Positions 1 to 8,953 of a DNA stretch of 26,152 nt are shown piece after piece. A program made the translations under genes and the position numbers. Position 1 is the first letter of the stretch. Every line of letters starts with the position of its first letter. The notes under the pieces were generated by a model. That model saw only the letters and a program-made list of their open reading frames with translations. It had not been told where the DNA came from and did not search any database. This DNA comes from Thermoleophilia bacterium (lineage in GTDB: Bacteria > Actinomycetota > Thermoleophilia > Miltoncostaeales > Miltoncostaeaceae): the NCBI GenBank assembly GCA_045403035.1, contig JAXIPH010000141.1:1-26152 (forward strand). The letters run 5' to 3'.

Positions 1-361
1 GGAGGCGTGGGCCGAGCAGGGGGACCGGCGGCGCGGGGGACCGGGCGTGGCATGGGTCGGGGGACGCGGCGCCACGGCGCTGGCGGAGGCGCTCGAGGCC
101 TGGGCGGCGGGCCGGGCCGTCGTCGCGCTGCCGGGGACCCCGCGGCACGATCTGCTGCGCCGGGGGCGGGTCTTGCGCGCCGAGACGATCCTCGAGGCCG
201 TGGAGGCCACCCGCTTCCTCCGTGCGAACCCGCCCCTGGCGCGTTCGTTGGGGGTGCGCGGACGCGAGACGGCGCGATCGCTGCCCCCGGCCGCGCACGT
301 GGCGACAGCCCTGGCCGAGGGGGCCGAGCTGGCGCGCCAGTCGATGGTGGCCGTACCGTGA
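1..361 (+). CDS. 3' part of a GT-B/GT4-like glycosyltransferase (runs off the left edge)
   Basis: Frame is open from position 2 to TGA 359-361. ALEAWAAGRAVVA resembles the GT4 LEAMAxGxPVVA motif, and LARSLGVRGRETA resembles the GT4 C-terminal helix. The stop overlaps the next GTG (GTGA). Confidence 0.6.
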   Translation, partial: EAWAEQGDRRRGGPGVAWVGGRGATALAEALEAWAAGRAVVALPGTPRHDLLRRGRVLRAETILEAVEATRFLRANPPLARSLGVRGRETARSLPPAAHVATALAEGAELARQSMVAVP

Positions 362-1539
362 GCGGGCCGTGGAAGCTGGCCGTGGTGGTGCCGCGCTACG
401 GGCCCGACATCGGCGGCGGCGCCGAGGGCCTCGTCCGCTGGGCCGCCGGCTGGCTGGCCCGGCGACACGACGTGACCGTGCTGACCACCTGCGCGCACGA
501 CTACCGGACGTGGGCGGACCATTACCCGGCCGGCTCCTCCACAGACGGGGGCGTCGAGGTGCGACGGTTCCCGGTCCCGCGCCCGAGGGTGCCCGGCCGC
601 TTCAACCGCTGGTACACGGCCGCGGCCGGCGGCGGCCTGGGCGTCGACGGGCTGGTGCGATGGATGCGCGAGCAGGGCCCGAACTCACCCGCCCTGCTGG
701 AGCACCTGGACCGGGAGGGGGGCGGCTATGACGCGGTGGTGTTCGTGCCCTACCTGTACGCCACGACCTGGGATGGCCTGCCGATGGTGGCCGACCGCTC
801 GTTGCTGATCCCGGCCCTCCACGACGAGCCCCCGGCCGCATTCCCGATCATGGACCGCACGTTCCACCTCGCCCGCGGCCTGGCCTTCAGCACCCCGGAG
901 GAGCGCGAGTTCTGCCGTCGGCGCTTCGGCCCGCTCCGCGCCCACTCCCGGCTCGTCGGCGTGGGCGTGGATCGCCCGCCCGAGGTGGCCTCGCGGCCCG
1001 CCGGCCGGCCCTACGTGCTCTATCTGGGGCGGGTGGACCCCTCCAAGGGCTGCGTCGACCTGCTCAAGCAGCACCGCGCCGCCATCCGCGCCGACCCGAG
1101 CTCGCCTCGCCTGGTGATGGCCGGGCGCGCGGCGATGCCGCTGCCCGACGAGCCGTGGCTCGAGGTGCGGGGCTTCGTCTCGGAAAACGAGAAGCACGAG
1201 CTACTCGCCGGCGCGCTCGCGTTGGTGCTGCCCTCGCCGTACGAGAGCCTGTCGATGGTCGTGCTGGAGTCGTGGACCCACGGACGTCCGGTGCTGGTGA
1301 GCGCCCGCTCGCCCGTGCTCGTGGGGCAGGTGCGCCGTGCCTCGGGCGGCCTCTGGTACGGGGACACGGGCGAGTACGCCACCGCCCTCTCGCTGCTGGC
1401 GGGGGATCCCGGACTCGCCGCCGGCCTGGGCGCCCAGGGACGCCGCTACGCCCGCGGCCGGTTCCGGCAGGGGGCCGTCGGGGCGCGCCTCGAGGAGCTG
1501 GTGGAGCAGGTCGTCACCGCCCGTAGGATCGCGGCGTGA
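358..1539 (+). CDS. GT4 family glycosyltransferase (393 aa)
   Basis: True start is GTG 358 (GTGA overlap), not 7. It has VVVPRYGPDIGGGAE, YLGRVDPSKG and the EX7E motif PSPYESLSMVVLESW. Confidence 0.9.
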   Translation: MSGPWKLAVVVPRYGPDIGGGAEGLVRWAAGWLARRHDVTVLTTCAHDYRTWADHYPAGSSTDGGVEVRRFPVPRPRVPGRFNRWYTAAAGGGLGVDGLVRWMREQGPNSPALLEHLDREGGGYDAVVFVPYLYATTWDGLPMVADRSLLIPALHDEPPAAFPIMDRTFHLARGLAFSTPEEREFCRRRFGPLRAHSRLVGVGVDRPPEVASRPAGRPYVLYLGRVDPSKGCVDLLKQHRAAIRADPSSPRLVMAGRAAMPLPDEPWLEVRGFVSENEKHELLAGALALVLPSPYESLSMVVLESWTHGRPVLVSARSPVLVGQVRRASGGLWYGDTGEYATALSLLAGDPGLAAGLGAQGRRYARGRFRQGAVGARLEELVEQVVTARRIAA

Positions 1540-2720
1540 GCCAGGAGGAGCGGCGAGCGCTCATCGACGCGCTGGAGGGCCGGGTCGCGCGGCGCGCAGA
1601 GGCCGGCGACTACGAGCTGCCGTGGCTGAAGGCCTCCGTGGAGGAGGTGCGCCCGCCCACGCCGGTGGACCGCTACCTGCAGACGACCCGCGGGGTGCGG
1701 GGCCGGGCCGAGCTCGCCCGCGGGCGACGGCTCCGGGAGGCGCTGGCGTGGCTCGGGCTGGCCCTGCAGGCCGAGTCGCGCGCGCGGGAGGAGCTGGAGG
1801 ACCGTCTCGACGAGGTCACCACGGACCTCGGCACGCGGCTGGAGCGGGTCGAGAGGGGCCTGAGCGCGCTCGGCCACGCCCATGGCGAGCGCATCCACCG
1901 CCTGGAGGACGACCGGCGATGGATCGCCGGACAGGCGCTGCGGGCGCTCTACCCCGAGCTCGCGGCCCCCGGGACGGCCCTCGATCTGGAGAGCTTCGAG
2001 GCCCGCGTCTCGTCACAGAACGGCGAGGACGGCATCCTGCTGAGGCTCTTCTCGGTGATCGGGGCGACCGATCGTCGCTTCGTCGAGATCGGCATCGAGG
2101 ACGGGCGGGAGTGCAACACCGCCAACCTCGCGCTGGGCTTCGGCTGGAGCGGCCTCATGGTCGACCGCGACCCGGAGGGCGTGGACGCGGCCCGGCGCCG
2201 GTTCGCCGCACGCCCGCAGACGGCCGAGAGCGTGAGGGTGCTCCAGCGGCACGTGACGCGCGAGAACGTCGACGAGGTGCTCGCGTCTGAGGGCTTCGCG
2301 GGCGAGTCGGACCTGCTCTCGATCGACATCGACGGGAACGACCTCTGGGTGTGGGAGGCCATCGAGCGCAGCCGCCCGCGCGTGGTGGTCGTGGAGTACA
2401 ACGCCACCTTCGGTCCCGAGCGCTCCGTGACCGTGCCCTACGACCCCGGGTTCGACCGGATGGCCCGGCACCCGAGCGGGTACTACCACGGCGCGTCGAT
2501 CACGGCGCTCGCGCGCGTCGGCGGGCGCAAGGGCTACGTCCTGGCAGGGTGCGACGGCAATGGGGTCAACGCCTTCTTCGTGCGCTCCGACTGCGCGGAG
2601 GGCGTCGTCCCCGCCACGGCTCCGGGGGCTGCGTGGAGGCCCATCCGTGAGCGTGGACCCCAGGACACCGCCGAGCAGTTCGAGCTGATCGCCCACCTCC
2701 CGCTCGACGAGGTGTCGTGA
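1536..2720 (+). CDS. Coiled-coil + FkbM-like SAM methyltransferase-fold protein
   Basis: SQNGEDGIL, FVEIG..DGRECNT, LLSIDIDGND and PRVVVVEYN are typical of polysaccharide-locus FkbM-like proteins. The N-terminal ~130 aa are E/R/L-rich and helical. GTGA overlaps on both sides. Confidence 0.75.
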   Translation: MSQEERRALIDALEGRVARRAEAGDYELPWLKASVEEVRPPTPVDRYLQTTRGVRGRAELARGRRLREALAWLGLALQAESRAREELEDRLDEVTTDLGTRLERVERGLSALGHAHGERIHRLEDDRRWIAGQALRALYPELAAPGTALDLESFEARVSSQNGEDGILLRLFSVIGATDRRFVEIGIEDGRECNTANLALGFGWSGLMVDRDPEGVDAARRRFAARPQTAESVRVLQRHVTRENVDEVLASEGFAGESDLLSIDIDGNDLWVWEAIERSRPRVVVVEYNATFGPERSVTVPYDPGFDRMARHPSGYYHGASITALARVGGRKGYVLAGCDGNGVNAFFVRSDCAEGVVPATAPGAAWRPIRERGPQDTAEQFELIAHLPLDEVS

Positions 2721-3787
2721 GCCGGCCACCGGGTCCCGGTCGCCGGATCAACGTCTTCGTCCCCACCGTCGCGCCCTCCGACGCCGTCTCCGACCAGGCC
2801 CGCCACGCCGTGCGCCTGCTGGGCGAGTGGGGCCACGACGCGGCCCTGGTGGCCGAGAACCTCGAGGGTGGGGGCGGCGTCCTCCCCCTGGGTGATGCGC
2901 TGCTCACCCGGCCGGGCGCCGCCTGGGTGGTGCACTACGGGATCTGGGCCGACGGCCTGCGCGAGGTGATGCGCGCCCCCGGCGGGCCGAAGGCCTTCGT
3001 GTACCACAACGTCACGCCCTCCGAGCTGCTGCCGAGGGGGCCCGTCGCCCGTCTGTGCCGCCGCGCCCGCCGGGCGCTCCCCGACCTGGCCGGCGCCTGG
3101 GACCTCGTGATGGCCGACTCCGAGTACAACGCCGGCGAGCTGCGGCGGGCGGGCTTCGGGCACGTGGAGGTCGTGCCTCTGCTCCTGCCGGTACCGGCGA
3201 GCCCCCCGCGGGCCTGGCCGCGCGGCGAGTCCGTGCTGTTCGTGGGGCGCATCTCGCCCAGCAAGGGACTCGACGACCTGATCAAGGCGTTCGCCCTCCT
3301 GCGGCGCCTGCACCGGCCGGAGGCCACGCTGGACGTGGTGGGCTCGTCCGAGGGATGGGGCCCCTATGCCGCTGGGCTTCGGGCGCTGGCGGAACGCATC
3401 GGGTGCGGCGGGATCGCCTTCCGCGGCTCGGTCTCCGACGCCGAGCGGGACGCGCTCTACGCCGGGGCGGGGGTCGTGTGCCTCACGTCACGGCACGAGG
3501 GGTTCAGCGCGCCGCTGGTGGAGGCCATGCGCGCCGGAGCCCCGGTCGTGGCCGTGGACGTGGGTGCCGTGGCAGAGACCCTCGGCGAGGGCGGCGTCCT
3601 CCTGCCCCGCCCCGACCCCCGGCTGGTGGCCGAGGCACTCGCCGCGGTCCTTTCGGACGAGGGGCTGCGGGAGCGGTTGCGCGAGGGTGCCCGCCGGGCG
3701 GTCGCGCGCGTCGATCCGTCCCTCGTCGAGGCGCGCCTGCGGGCAACCCTCGGAACCCTGATGGATGTGCCCCGGCCGGTCTCCTGA
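2717..3787 (+). CDS. GT4 family glycosyltransferase (356 aa)
   Basis: YHNVTP, FVGRISPSKG and the EX7E motif SRHEGFSAPLVEAM. Confidence 0.92.
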   Translation: MSRPPGPGRRINVFVPTVAPSDAVSDQARHAVRLLGEWGHDAALVAENLEGGGGVLPLGDALLTRPGAAWVVHYGIWADGLREVMRAPGGPKAFVYHNVTPSELLPRGPVARLCRRARRALPDLAGAWDLVMADSEYNAGELRRAGFGHVEVVPLLLPVPASPPRAWPRGESVLFVGRISPSKGLDDLIKAFALLRRLHRPEATLDVVGSSEGWGPYAAGLRALAERIGCGGIAFRGSVSDAERDALYAGAGVVCLTSRHEGFSAPLVEAMRAGAPVVAVDVGAVAETLGEGGVLLPRPDPRLVAEALAAVLSDEGLRERLREGARRAVARVDPSLVEARLRATLGTLMDVPRPVS

Positions 3788-6036
3788 TGCTGGCGGTGTT
3801 CGGCATCTTCGCGCTCGGAGCCCTCCTCTGTCTCGGGGCGGGCGCGGCAGTGAGAGGGCTGCTGTGGCCGCGCGATCCCTGGATCGGCGTCGACACGGTT
3901 CCGCTCGGGCTGGCGGCGCTGATCGCCGTCCTCTACCCGCTGGGCCTCGCCCTGTCGGGCAGCGGGGCCGCGATCGTGGTGGTGGGCCTGATCGTCGTGG
4001 GCCTGGCAGGGGCCCTGGTCCGCCGGGTGCGCGGCGGCGACCGCCTCCGCGCCGCCGGGGCGGCCCTCGTGCCGTCGGTCCCCGCGGCGATCGTCGTGGG
4101 TGGCGGCCTGGTGCTCGGGCTCCTGCTCCTGGTTGCGACGGGCCGTCAGGGCTTCCCCACCACGATCGCGGTCACCAACAACGACGGGTGGGGCTACGCG
4201 GCGATGGTGCAGTGGCTCACGGACCACCCCTTCCCGCGCGACGTGCTCCCGGACATCGCGCACCCCATGACGCTCGTGCCGTGGAACTACAGCTCGAACG
4301 ACTTCGCCGTCGGCTTCGAGCACTTCGCCGCCACGCTCGCGGGCCTGTTGGGACGGGACGGCTTCGAGGTCGTGAACGCGGCCGCGGCGGTCGGCCTGAC
4401 GGCGGCGGTCGGGGGCTGGGCAACCCTCGCCGGCGGGCTGCGCTCCCGCCTCGGGCCCCGGGACGCGGCGCTCGTACTGGTGGCGGGGGCGGTCCCGATG
4501 GCGGTGCTGCCCTTCTCGGAGAACTACGTCGCGCAGTTCTTCAGCATCTGCCTCTGGCCGTTCGCGGTCGGCGCATTCGTGATCTTCGTCCGCGAGCCCG
4601 GATGGCGACGGCTGCTGGTCGCCGCGCTCGCGGGTGCCGCGGTCGTGGGCGTGTACCCGTCGCTGACACCGTGGCTGGTGCTTCCGCTGCTCGGCGTGGC
4701 CGCCCTCGCTCCCCCCCGACCGGAGTGGACGGGCTCGCGCCTCGACCGGCTGTCCGGAGCGGGCCGGCCGGCACGAGCCCTGCGGGCCCTCTGCCTCGCT
4801 GCGGCGCTCGTCGTGGCGGTGGTGGTCGTCGCCCCGATCCAGGTCGTCCGCGGAGTGCAGAACGTGTTGTTCCTCGACGCGCTGCCGGTGAACGCGATCG
4901 CGGGGTTCTTCCCCGCCGACTCCTACGCCGCCCTCTTCCTGGGGTCGGAGAATGCGTTCGCGCTGTTCGCGGGGGTGCCCACCGGGTGGTCGGCGCTGGC
5001 CGGCCTGGGACTCCTGGCCCTGGCCTATCTGGTGGCCCTTGCGCCCCCGGGTCGCCCTCGCGGCGCACCGCTCTGGATCCTGGCCATCGGCCTGGGGGCG
5101 CTCCTGACCACGGCCGCCGTCCTGGTGCGCTACCGCGTCGTGGACGAGCTGCCGTACCAGGTCTACAAGGCGCTGATCTCGGGGGGAGCGGTGCTGGCGG
5201 GGGTCGTGGTGATCGGGCTGCTCCCCCTCGGGGGCCCGGCCTCTCGTGGCGTGCGCCTTCTGGCCCTGGGGCTCGTGGTAGCGATCTGGATCCCCGTGAC
5301 CAGCCGCACCCTGCAGGCATCCGCCGACGGCACCCCGGGCTTCCGGAGCGCGGATGTGGAGATGGGGCGGGCCCTCGCCGCCCTGCCGGAGGGCTCCACG
5401 GTGCTGGCCGCGGGCGCGGCCCCGGACCCGGACGCGTTCCAGTTCCGGATGATGGCCGCGTACTTCGGCGACCATGCCCCGGAGCGGACGGTGATCGGGG
5501 TGGGCTCGACCGGGACCTACCTCACGCCGGGCGGACTGCCCGAGTGGGAGCCGTCCCGCCCCTGGACCCACGTGCTCAGCACCCGCCCCGAGCCGCTCTC
5601 CGGCGACGGCGGGCGCGTGCGGATCTGGGGGAACTCCACCTACGCCCTGGACGCCGCGCCCACGCTGGACCTGACCACCTACGGGACGGGCTGGTACCCG
5701 ACCGAGGAGTCCGGCGGCGCGGTCCTCGCCTGGACCTCGGCGGCCGCCGACGTGGTGGTGGCCAACCGCGGCGCCTCCCCGACGCGCGCCCGCCTGTCGA
5801 TGGTCGTGGCCAGCTACGCCCGGCCCCGCCTCCTGACCCTCTCCGCCCAGGGACGCGTCCACCGCGTGCGGCTGCCCGCCGATACGCCGAGACCCGTGGC
5901 GATCGACCTCGACCTGCCGGCCGCGTCGACCGTGCGGGTGACGCTCGACGCCCGCCCGGGCGCGACCCCCGCGCCGCCCGGAGACCCGCGCACGCTGATG
6001 GTGCGCGTCCAGGGCCTGCGGGTCACGGAGCGCTGA
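3787..6036 (+). CDS. Multi-pass membrane protein, GT-C-like, with C-terminal extracytoplasmic beta-rich domain (749 aa)
   Basis: ATG 3787 lies in a TGATG overlap. About 13 hydrophobic segments, first-loop acidic motif TNNDGWGY, and a soluble tail containing GWYPTEES...WTS. Confidence 0.7.
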   Translation: MLAVFGIFALGALLCLGAGAAVRGLLWPRDPWIGVDTVPLGLAALIAVLYPLGLALSGSGAAIVVVGLIVVGLAGALVRRVRGGDRLRAAGAALVPSVPAAIVVGGGLVLGLLLLVATGRQGFPTTIAVTNNDGWGYAAMVQWLTDHPFPRDVLPDIAHPMTLVPWNYSSNDFAVGFEHFAATLAGLLGRDGFEVVNAAAAVGLTAAVGGWATLAGGLRSRLGPRDAALVLVAGAVPMAVLPFSENYVAQFFSICLWPFAVGAFVIFVREPGWRRLLVAALAGAAVVGVYPSLTPWLVLPLLGVAALAPPRPEWTGSRLDRLSGAGRPARALRALCLAAALVVAVVVVAPIQVVRGVQNVLFLDALPVNAIAGFFPADSYAALFLGSENAFALFAGVPTGWSALAGLGLLALAYLVALAPPGRPRGAPLWILAIGLGALLTTAAVLVRYRVVDELPYQVYKALISGGAVLAGVVVIGLLPLGGPASRGVRLLALGLVVAIWIPVTSRTLQASADGTPGFRSADVEMGRALAALPEGSTVLAAGAAPDPDAFQFRMMAAYFGDHAPERTVIGVGSTGTYLTPGGLPEWEPSRPWTHVLSTRPEPLSGDGGRVRIWGNSTYALDAAPTLDLTTYGTGWYPTEESGGAVLAWTSAAADVVVANRGASPTRARLSMVVASYARPRLLTLSAQGRVHRVRLPADTPRPVAIDLDLPAASTVRVTLDARPGATPAPPGDPRTLMVRVQGLRVTER

Positions 6037-6051
6037 CGGCGCCTCGCCCCG

Positions 6052-6693
6052 TCAGTCCTCCGGCGGGGGTGGCGGCGGAGGCGGCGGAACCGGGCCGATC
6101 CTCAGGAAGCGCCCGGCCTGGTTGGTGAAGATGAAGAGCTGCTCGCCCTTCCTCTCCAGCGTGATGCGCCAGATCAGGCCCGCCCCGTCGGAGATCGGAG
6201 CGCCCCGCCGGTAGCCCTGGGCGCGCACGATCAGCCAGCTCCCGAGGCCGATGCTCGAGCGGAGCCGATCCGCGCTCGCGACGCCGTCCAAGCGGAGCTC
6301 GGCGGGGTCGAAGCGCAGCTGGGGGACGGTGGCCTTCCTCGGGAACCGGAAGGGGTCGGGCTCCCCGAACCGCCCTCTCGTCCACGTGATGAACGAGCCG
6401 CGGTCGGCGCGACCCTCGGCGTAGTACTGGAAGGTGATCGTTCCGGGCTCCAGCTGGATCAGGGCGAGATCCGGAACCCGGTGCAGCCGCACGGTGAGCT
6501 CGCGGACCGCGCCCCGGATCGCACCCGGATCGGGCAGGCCCGACACACCGGGGGGAAACGCGTCGCGGCCGGTCCGGCCGCCCACGTCGACGTTGACGAG
6601 CGCGACGCCGGCGACAACGGTCAGCGCGAGCAGGACGGCCACGGCGGAGAGCCACGTCCCACCGCCGCCGAGCCTCTCGCCCCGGGTCAGCAC
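6052..6693 (-). CDS. Membrane-anchored hypothetical protein with C-terminal Pro9 (213 aa)
   Basis: GTG 6693 lies 1 nt after the upstream stop. One N-terminal TM (WLSAVAVLLALTVVAGVALV). Ends GPVPPPPPPPPPED. Confidence 0.7.
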   Translation of the reverse strand: MLTRGERLGGGGTWLSAVAVLLALTVVAGVALVNVDVGGRTGRDAFPPGVSGLPDPGAIRGAVRELTVRLHRVPDLALIQLEPGTITFQYYAEGRADRGSFITWTRGRFGEPDPFRFPRKATVPQLRFDPAELRLDGVASADRLRSSIGLGSWLIVRAQGYRRGAPISDGAGLIWRITLERKGEQLFIFTNQAGRFLRIGPVPPPPPPPPPED

Positions 6694-6694
6694 G

Positions 6695-8953
6695 TCAGGA
6701 GCCCGCACACGAGCCCTCCTCGGCCAGGACGCGGACGAGCTCGACGTGGCGGCCTGGGCGCGCCCGCAGGTCGAATCCGGACGAGCCCGGCGCCGGGGCG
6801 CCCTCACCCAGCAGGCGCAGGGCCACGTCGCGGCTGCCCCGCACCGTCCCCGCGTCCACGCACAGGGTCGCGAGGCCCGACGGGACGCGCGCGAGCCGGC
6901 CCGAGCGATCGACCCGCTCTAGCGCCACGCCGGTCTGCCGGATGGTCACGTCCACGCGCGCCCGGGTCGCGTCCGGCGCGACCAGCCTGACCACCAGGCG
7001 GCCGTCGATCCAGGCGCGGCCGGTGGGGTCGCGGTCGGCCCGGTCCGCCACCACCCCGGCCACGATGACGGCGTCGAGGGGGCGGGTCCGCTCCTGGATC
7101 GCGAAGGGCCCGTAGCGGGCCAGAGTCCGGCGGCCGTTCCCGACGGCGCCGAAGCGGGAGAGCACCCACCGGTACGACGGGGTGAACTCCGCCGCCGGCT
7201 TGGTGGTGGGCCCGAAGGCCAGCCCGAAGTGGTAGTCGTCGCCGCGGACGTAGGAGATCCGCCGCCCGCTCATGGCGACGGCGGCGTAGAGCGCGGGGAA
7301 CTCGTGCACGGCGTAGTACGAGCCGTTCGCGCCCTCGAGCAGGACGTCGCCCCGAAGCGTGCCGAGGCGGGCGGCGGCGTCGAGGGCGTCGGTGGGCAGC
7401 GCATAGCCGTCGGCCACCACGCGGGCGGTGAGCGAGGCCGACGCGGCGCCCCCCGCGCCGATGAGGCACAGCACCGCGAGGGGCGCGGCGAACCGGGCCG
7501 GGCCCCGCGTCCAGGCGGCGAGCGCCACGACGATCGCCAGCAGGAGCAGGAGGATCAGGGGTCCGAGGACCACCGCCGAGCGCTGGGTGCAGTAGCTGCA
7601 GCCGGAATCGATCCCCGCGACGAGAGCGCCCGTGCCCACGACGACCGCCACGGCCGCGACCGGTACGCCGAGGCGGCTCGCCCGGAGCAGGTGCATGAGC
7701 GAGACCGCGAGGACGGCGATCGCGGCGGCGGAGAGGAGGATCAGACCCAGGCTCACGCCGGAGCTCTCGCGGAAGTAGGGGAACGGCCGGAACTGCATCA
7801 GCCAGGGGACCGCTGCCGAGAAGCCCAGGTCGTACTGGGGGAAGATCGGCGCCAGGTTGTCCAGGAAGCCGCCGGTGCTCACGCTGCGCCAGTAGTCGAG
7901 GTTCCGGGAGAGCGCGACGGGCGAGAGGACCAGGCTCCCGGCGACGGCGAGGACCACCGGCGCCACCGTCGATCGCGTCGTCCGAAGGACGGTGCGGCGG
8001 GTCGGGCCGGACCGGGCCGCGACGACGAGCGCCACGGCGATGCTTCCGGCGACGAAGAACGGGTAGGTGAGCGGGTAGACCGTCTGGATCCCGGCCAGGA
8101 CGATCAGCAGGACGAGCGCCGGCCGGGCGCGCATCGGGGAGCGGATCCCGCTGAGGGCGAGGAGCGCGACCGGGACGAGGGCGAGCCCCGCCAGCGCGGC
8201 CTCGCTGCCCTCGATGAACAGGTGCAGCGTGAGCGGGCCCCCGTAGAGCACACACGCCGCGGCCGGGACGTAGACCGGCGCGCTCGGGAGCTCCGCGCGG
8301 ACGAGCGCGGCCATCCCCACTCCCCCGGTGAGGATGAGCGCTCCGAGCAGGGCGCTCTGCAGCGCGAGGACGTTCCATCCGAGCAGGGAGGCGGTCGCGG
8401 CGGCCAGGGCCTCGAAACCCCCCTGCTGGAAGCCACCGGCCCACCCGCTGCCGTAGTGGAGCATCACGTTCCAGTCGGGCCCCCACGGCTTCGGGTCCGA
8501 GAGCGCGTGCTGCTGCAGCGACGCCATGATGGCCGGGTACCCGCCCGTGGCGTCGTTGACGAGGTAGCCCATCGGCCCCCGGGAGCCGAGCAGCGCCAGG
8601 GGCACGGCCAGGGAGGCGATCACGACCAGGGCGGCGCCGAGCAGCAATGCGGACCGCCGGTGGTTGCGCCGCTCGCCCAGGCGCGCGAGGAGGCCGTGCC
8701 GCCGCGATGCCCAGGCGGCGGCGGCGAGCGCGGCGAGGACGAGCAGGGGCAGCAGGACCGCCCAGGCGGCGACGCGCATGGGCAGGATGTACGCCGCCGT
8801 GAAGAGGATCACGGAGCCGACCGCGAGCCCCAGCGCCGGCGCCGCGGCGACGCGCGTGAACAGCGGTCTCTCACGGAAGGCCCAGAGGCTCACCGGCAGC
8901 CCCAGGACCCCCATGAGCAGGACGATGGCGGCGGCCTGGAGGGCGAAGATCAC
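6695..8953 (-). CDS. Multi-pass membrane protein, GT-C-like (752 aa), distant paralog of 3787-6036
   Basis: Many TM segments, first-loop motif VNDATGGY, and FEALAAATASLLG and VYP motifs collinear with the + strand paralog. Soluble C-terminal tail. Start may originally have been 8991 (see findings). Confidence 0.7.
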   Translation of the reverse strand: MIFALQAAAIVLLMGVLGLPVSLWAFRERPLFTRVAAAPALGLAVGSVILFTAAYILPMRVAAWAVLLPLLVLAALAAAAWASRRHGLLARLGERRNHRRSALLLGAALVVIASLAVPLALLGSRGPMGYLVNDATGGYPAIMASLQQHALSDPKPWGPDWNVMLHYGSGWAGGFQQGGFEALAAATASLLGWNVLALQSALLGALILTGGVGMAALVRAELPSAPVYVPAAACVLYGGPLTLHLFIEGSEAALAGLALVPVALLALSGIRSPMRARPALVLLIVLAGIQTVYPLTYPFFVAGSIAVALVVAARSGPTRRTVLRTTRSTVAPVVLAVAGSLVLSPVALSRNLDYWRSVSTGGFLDNLAPIFPQYDLGFSAAVPWLMQFRPFPYFRESSGVSLGLILLSAAAIAVLAVSLMHLLRASRLGVPVAAVAVVVGTGALVAGIDSGCSYCTQRSAVVLGPLILLLLLAIVVALAAWTRGPARFAAPLAVLCLIGAGGAASASLTARVVADGYALPTDALDAAARLGTLRGDVLLEGANGSYYAVHEFPALYAAVAMSGRRISYVRGDDYHFGLAFGPTTKPAAEFTPSYRWVLSRFGAVGNGRRTLARYGPFAIQERTRPLDAVIVAGVVADRADRDPTGRAWIDGRLVVRLVAPDATRARVDVTIRQTGVALERVDRSGRLARVPSGLATLCVDAGTVRGSRDVALRLLGEGAPAPGSSGFDLRARPGRHVELVRVLAEEGSCAGS

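Noticed and set aside
7-357. N-terminal extensions given by the ORF track (e.g. 7-357, 3055-3786, 14835-15590, 16557-17054, 17248-18696, 23274-23393)
   Set aside because: They overlap upstream genes in other frames. True starts are fixed by GTGA/ATGA/TGATG overlaps and by where the domains begin.
3457-5862. 801-aa - strand ORF, plus the 787-aa + strand ORF at 3765-6128
   Set aside because: Shadow frames of the real membrane gene: Arg/Gly/Pro-rich, with no motifs. Long open off-frames are expected in very GC-rich DNA.
6034-6054. Hairpin TGACGG...CCGTCA joining two convergent stop codons
   Set aside because: The short bulged stem is partly forced by the TGA/TCA stops and has no U-tract. Too weak to call a terminator.
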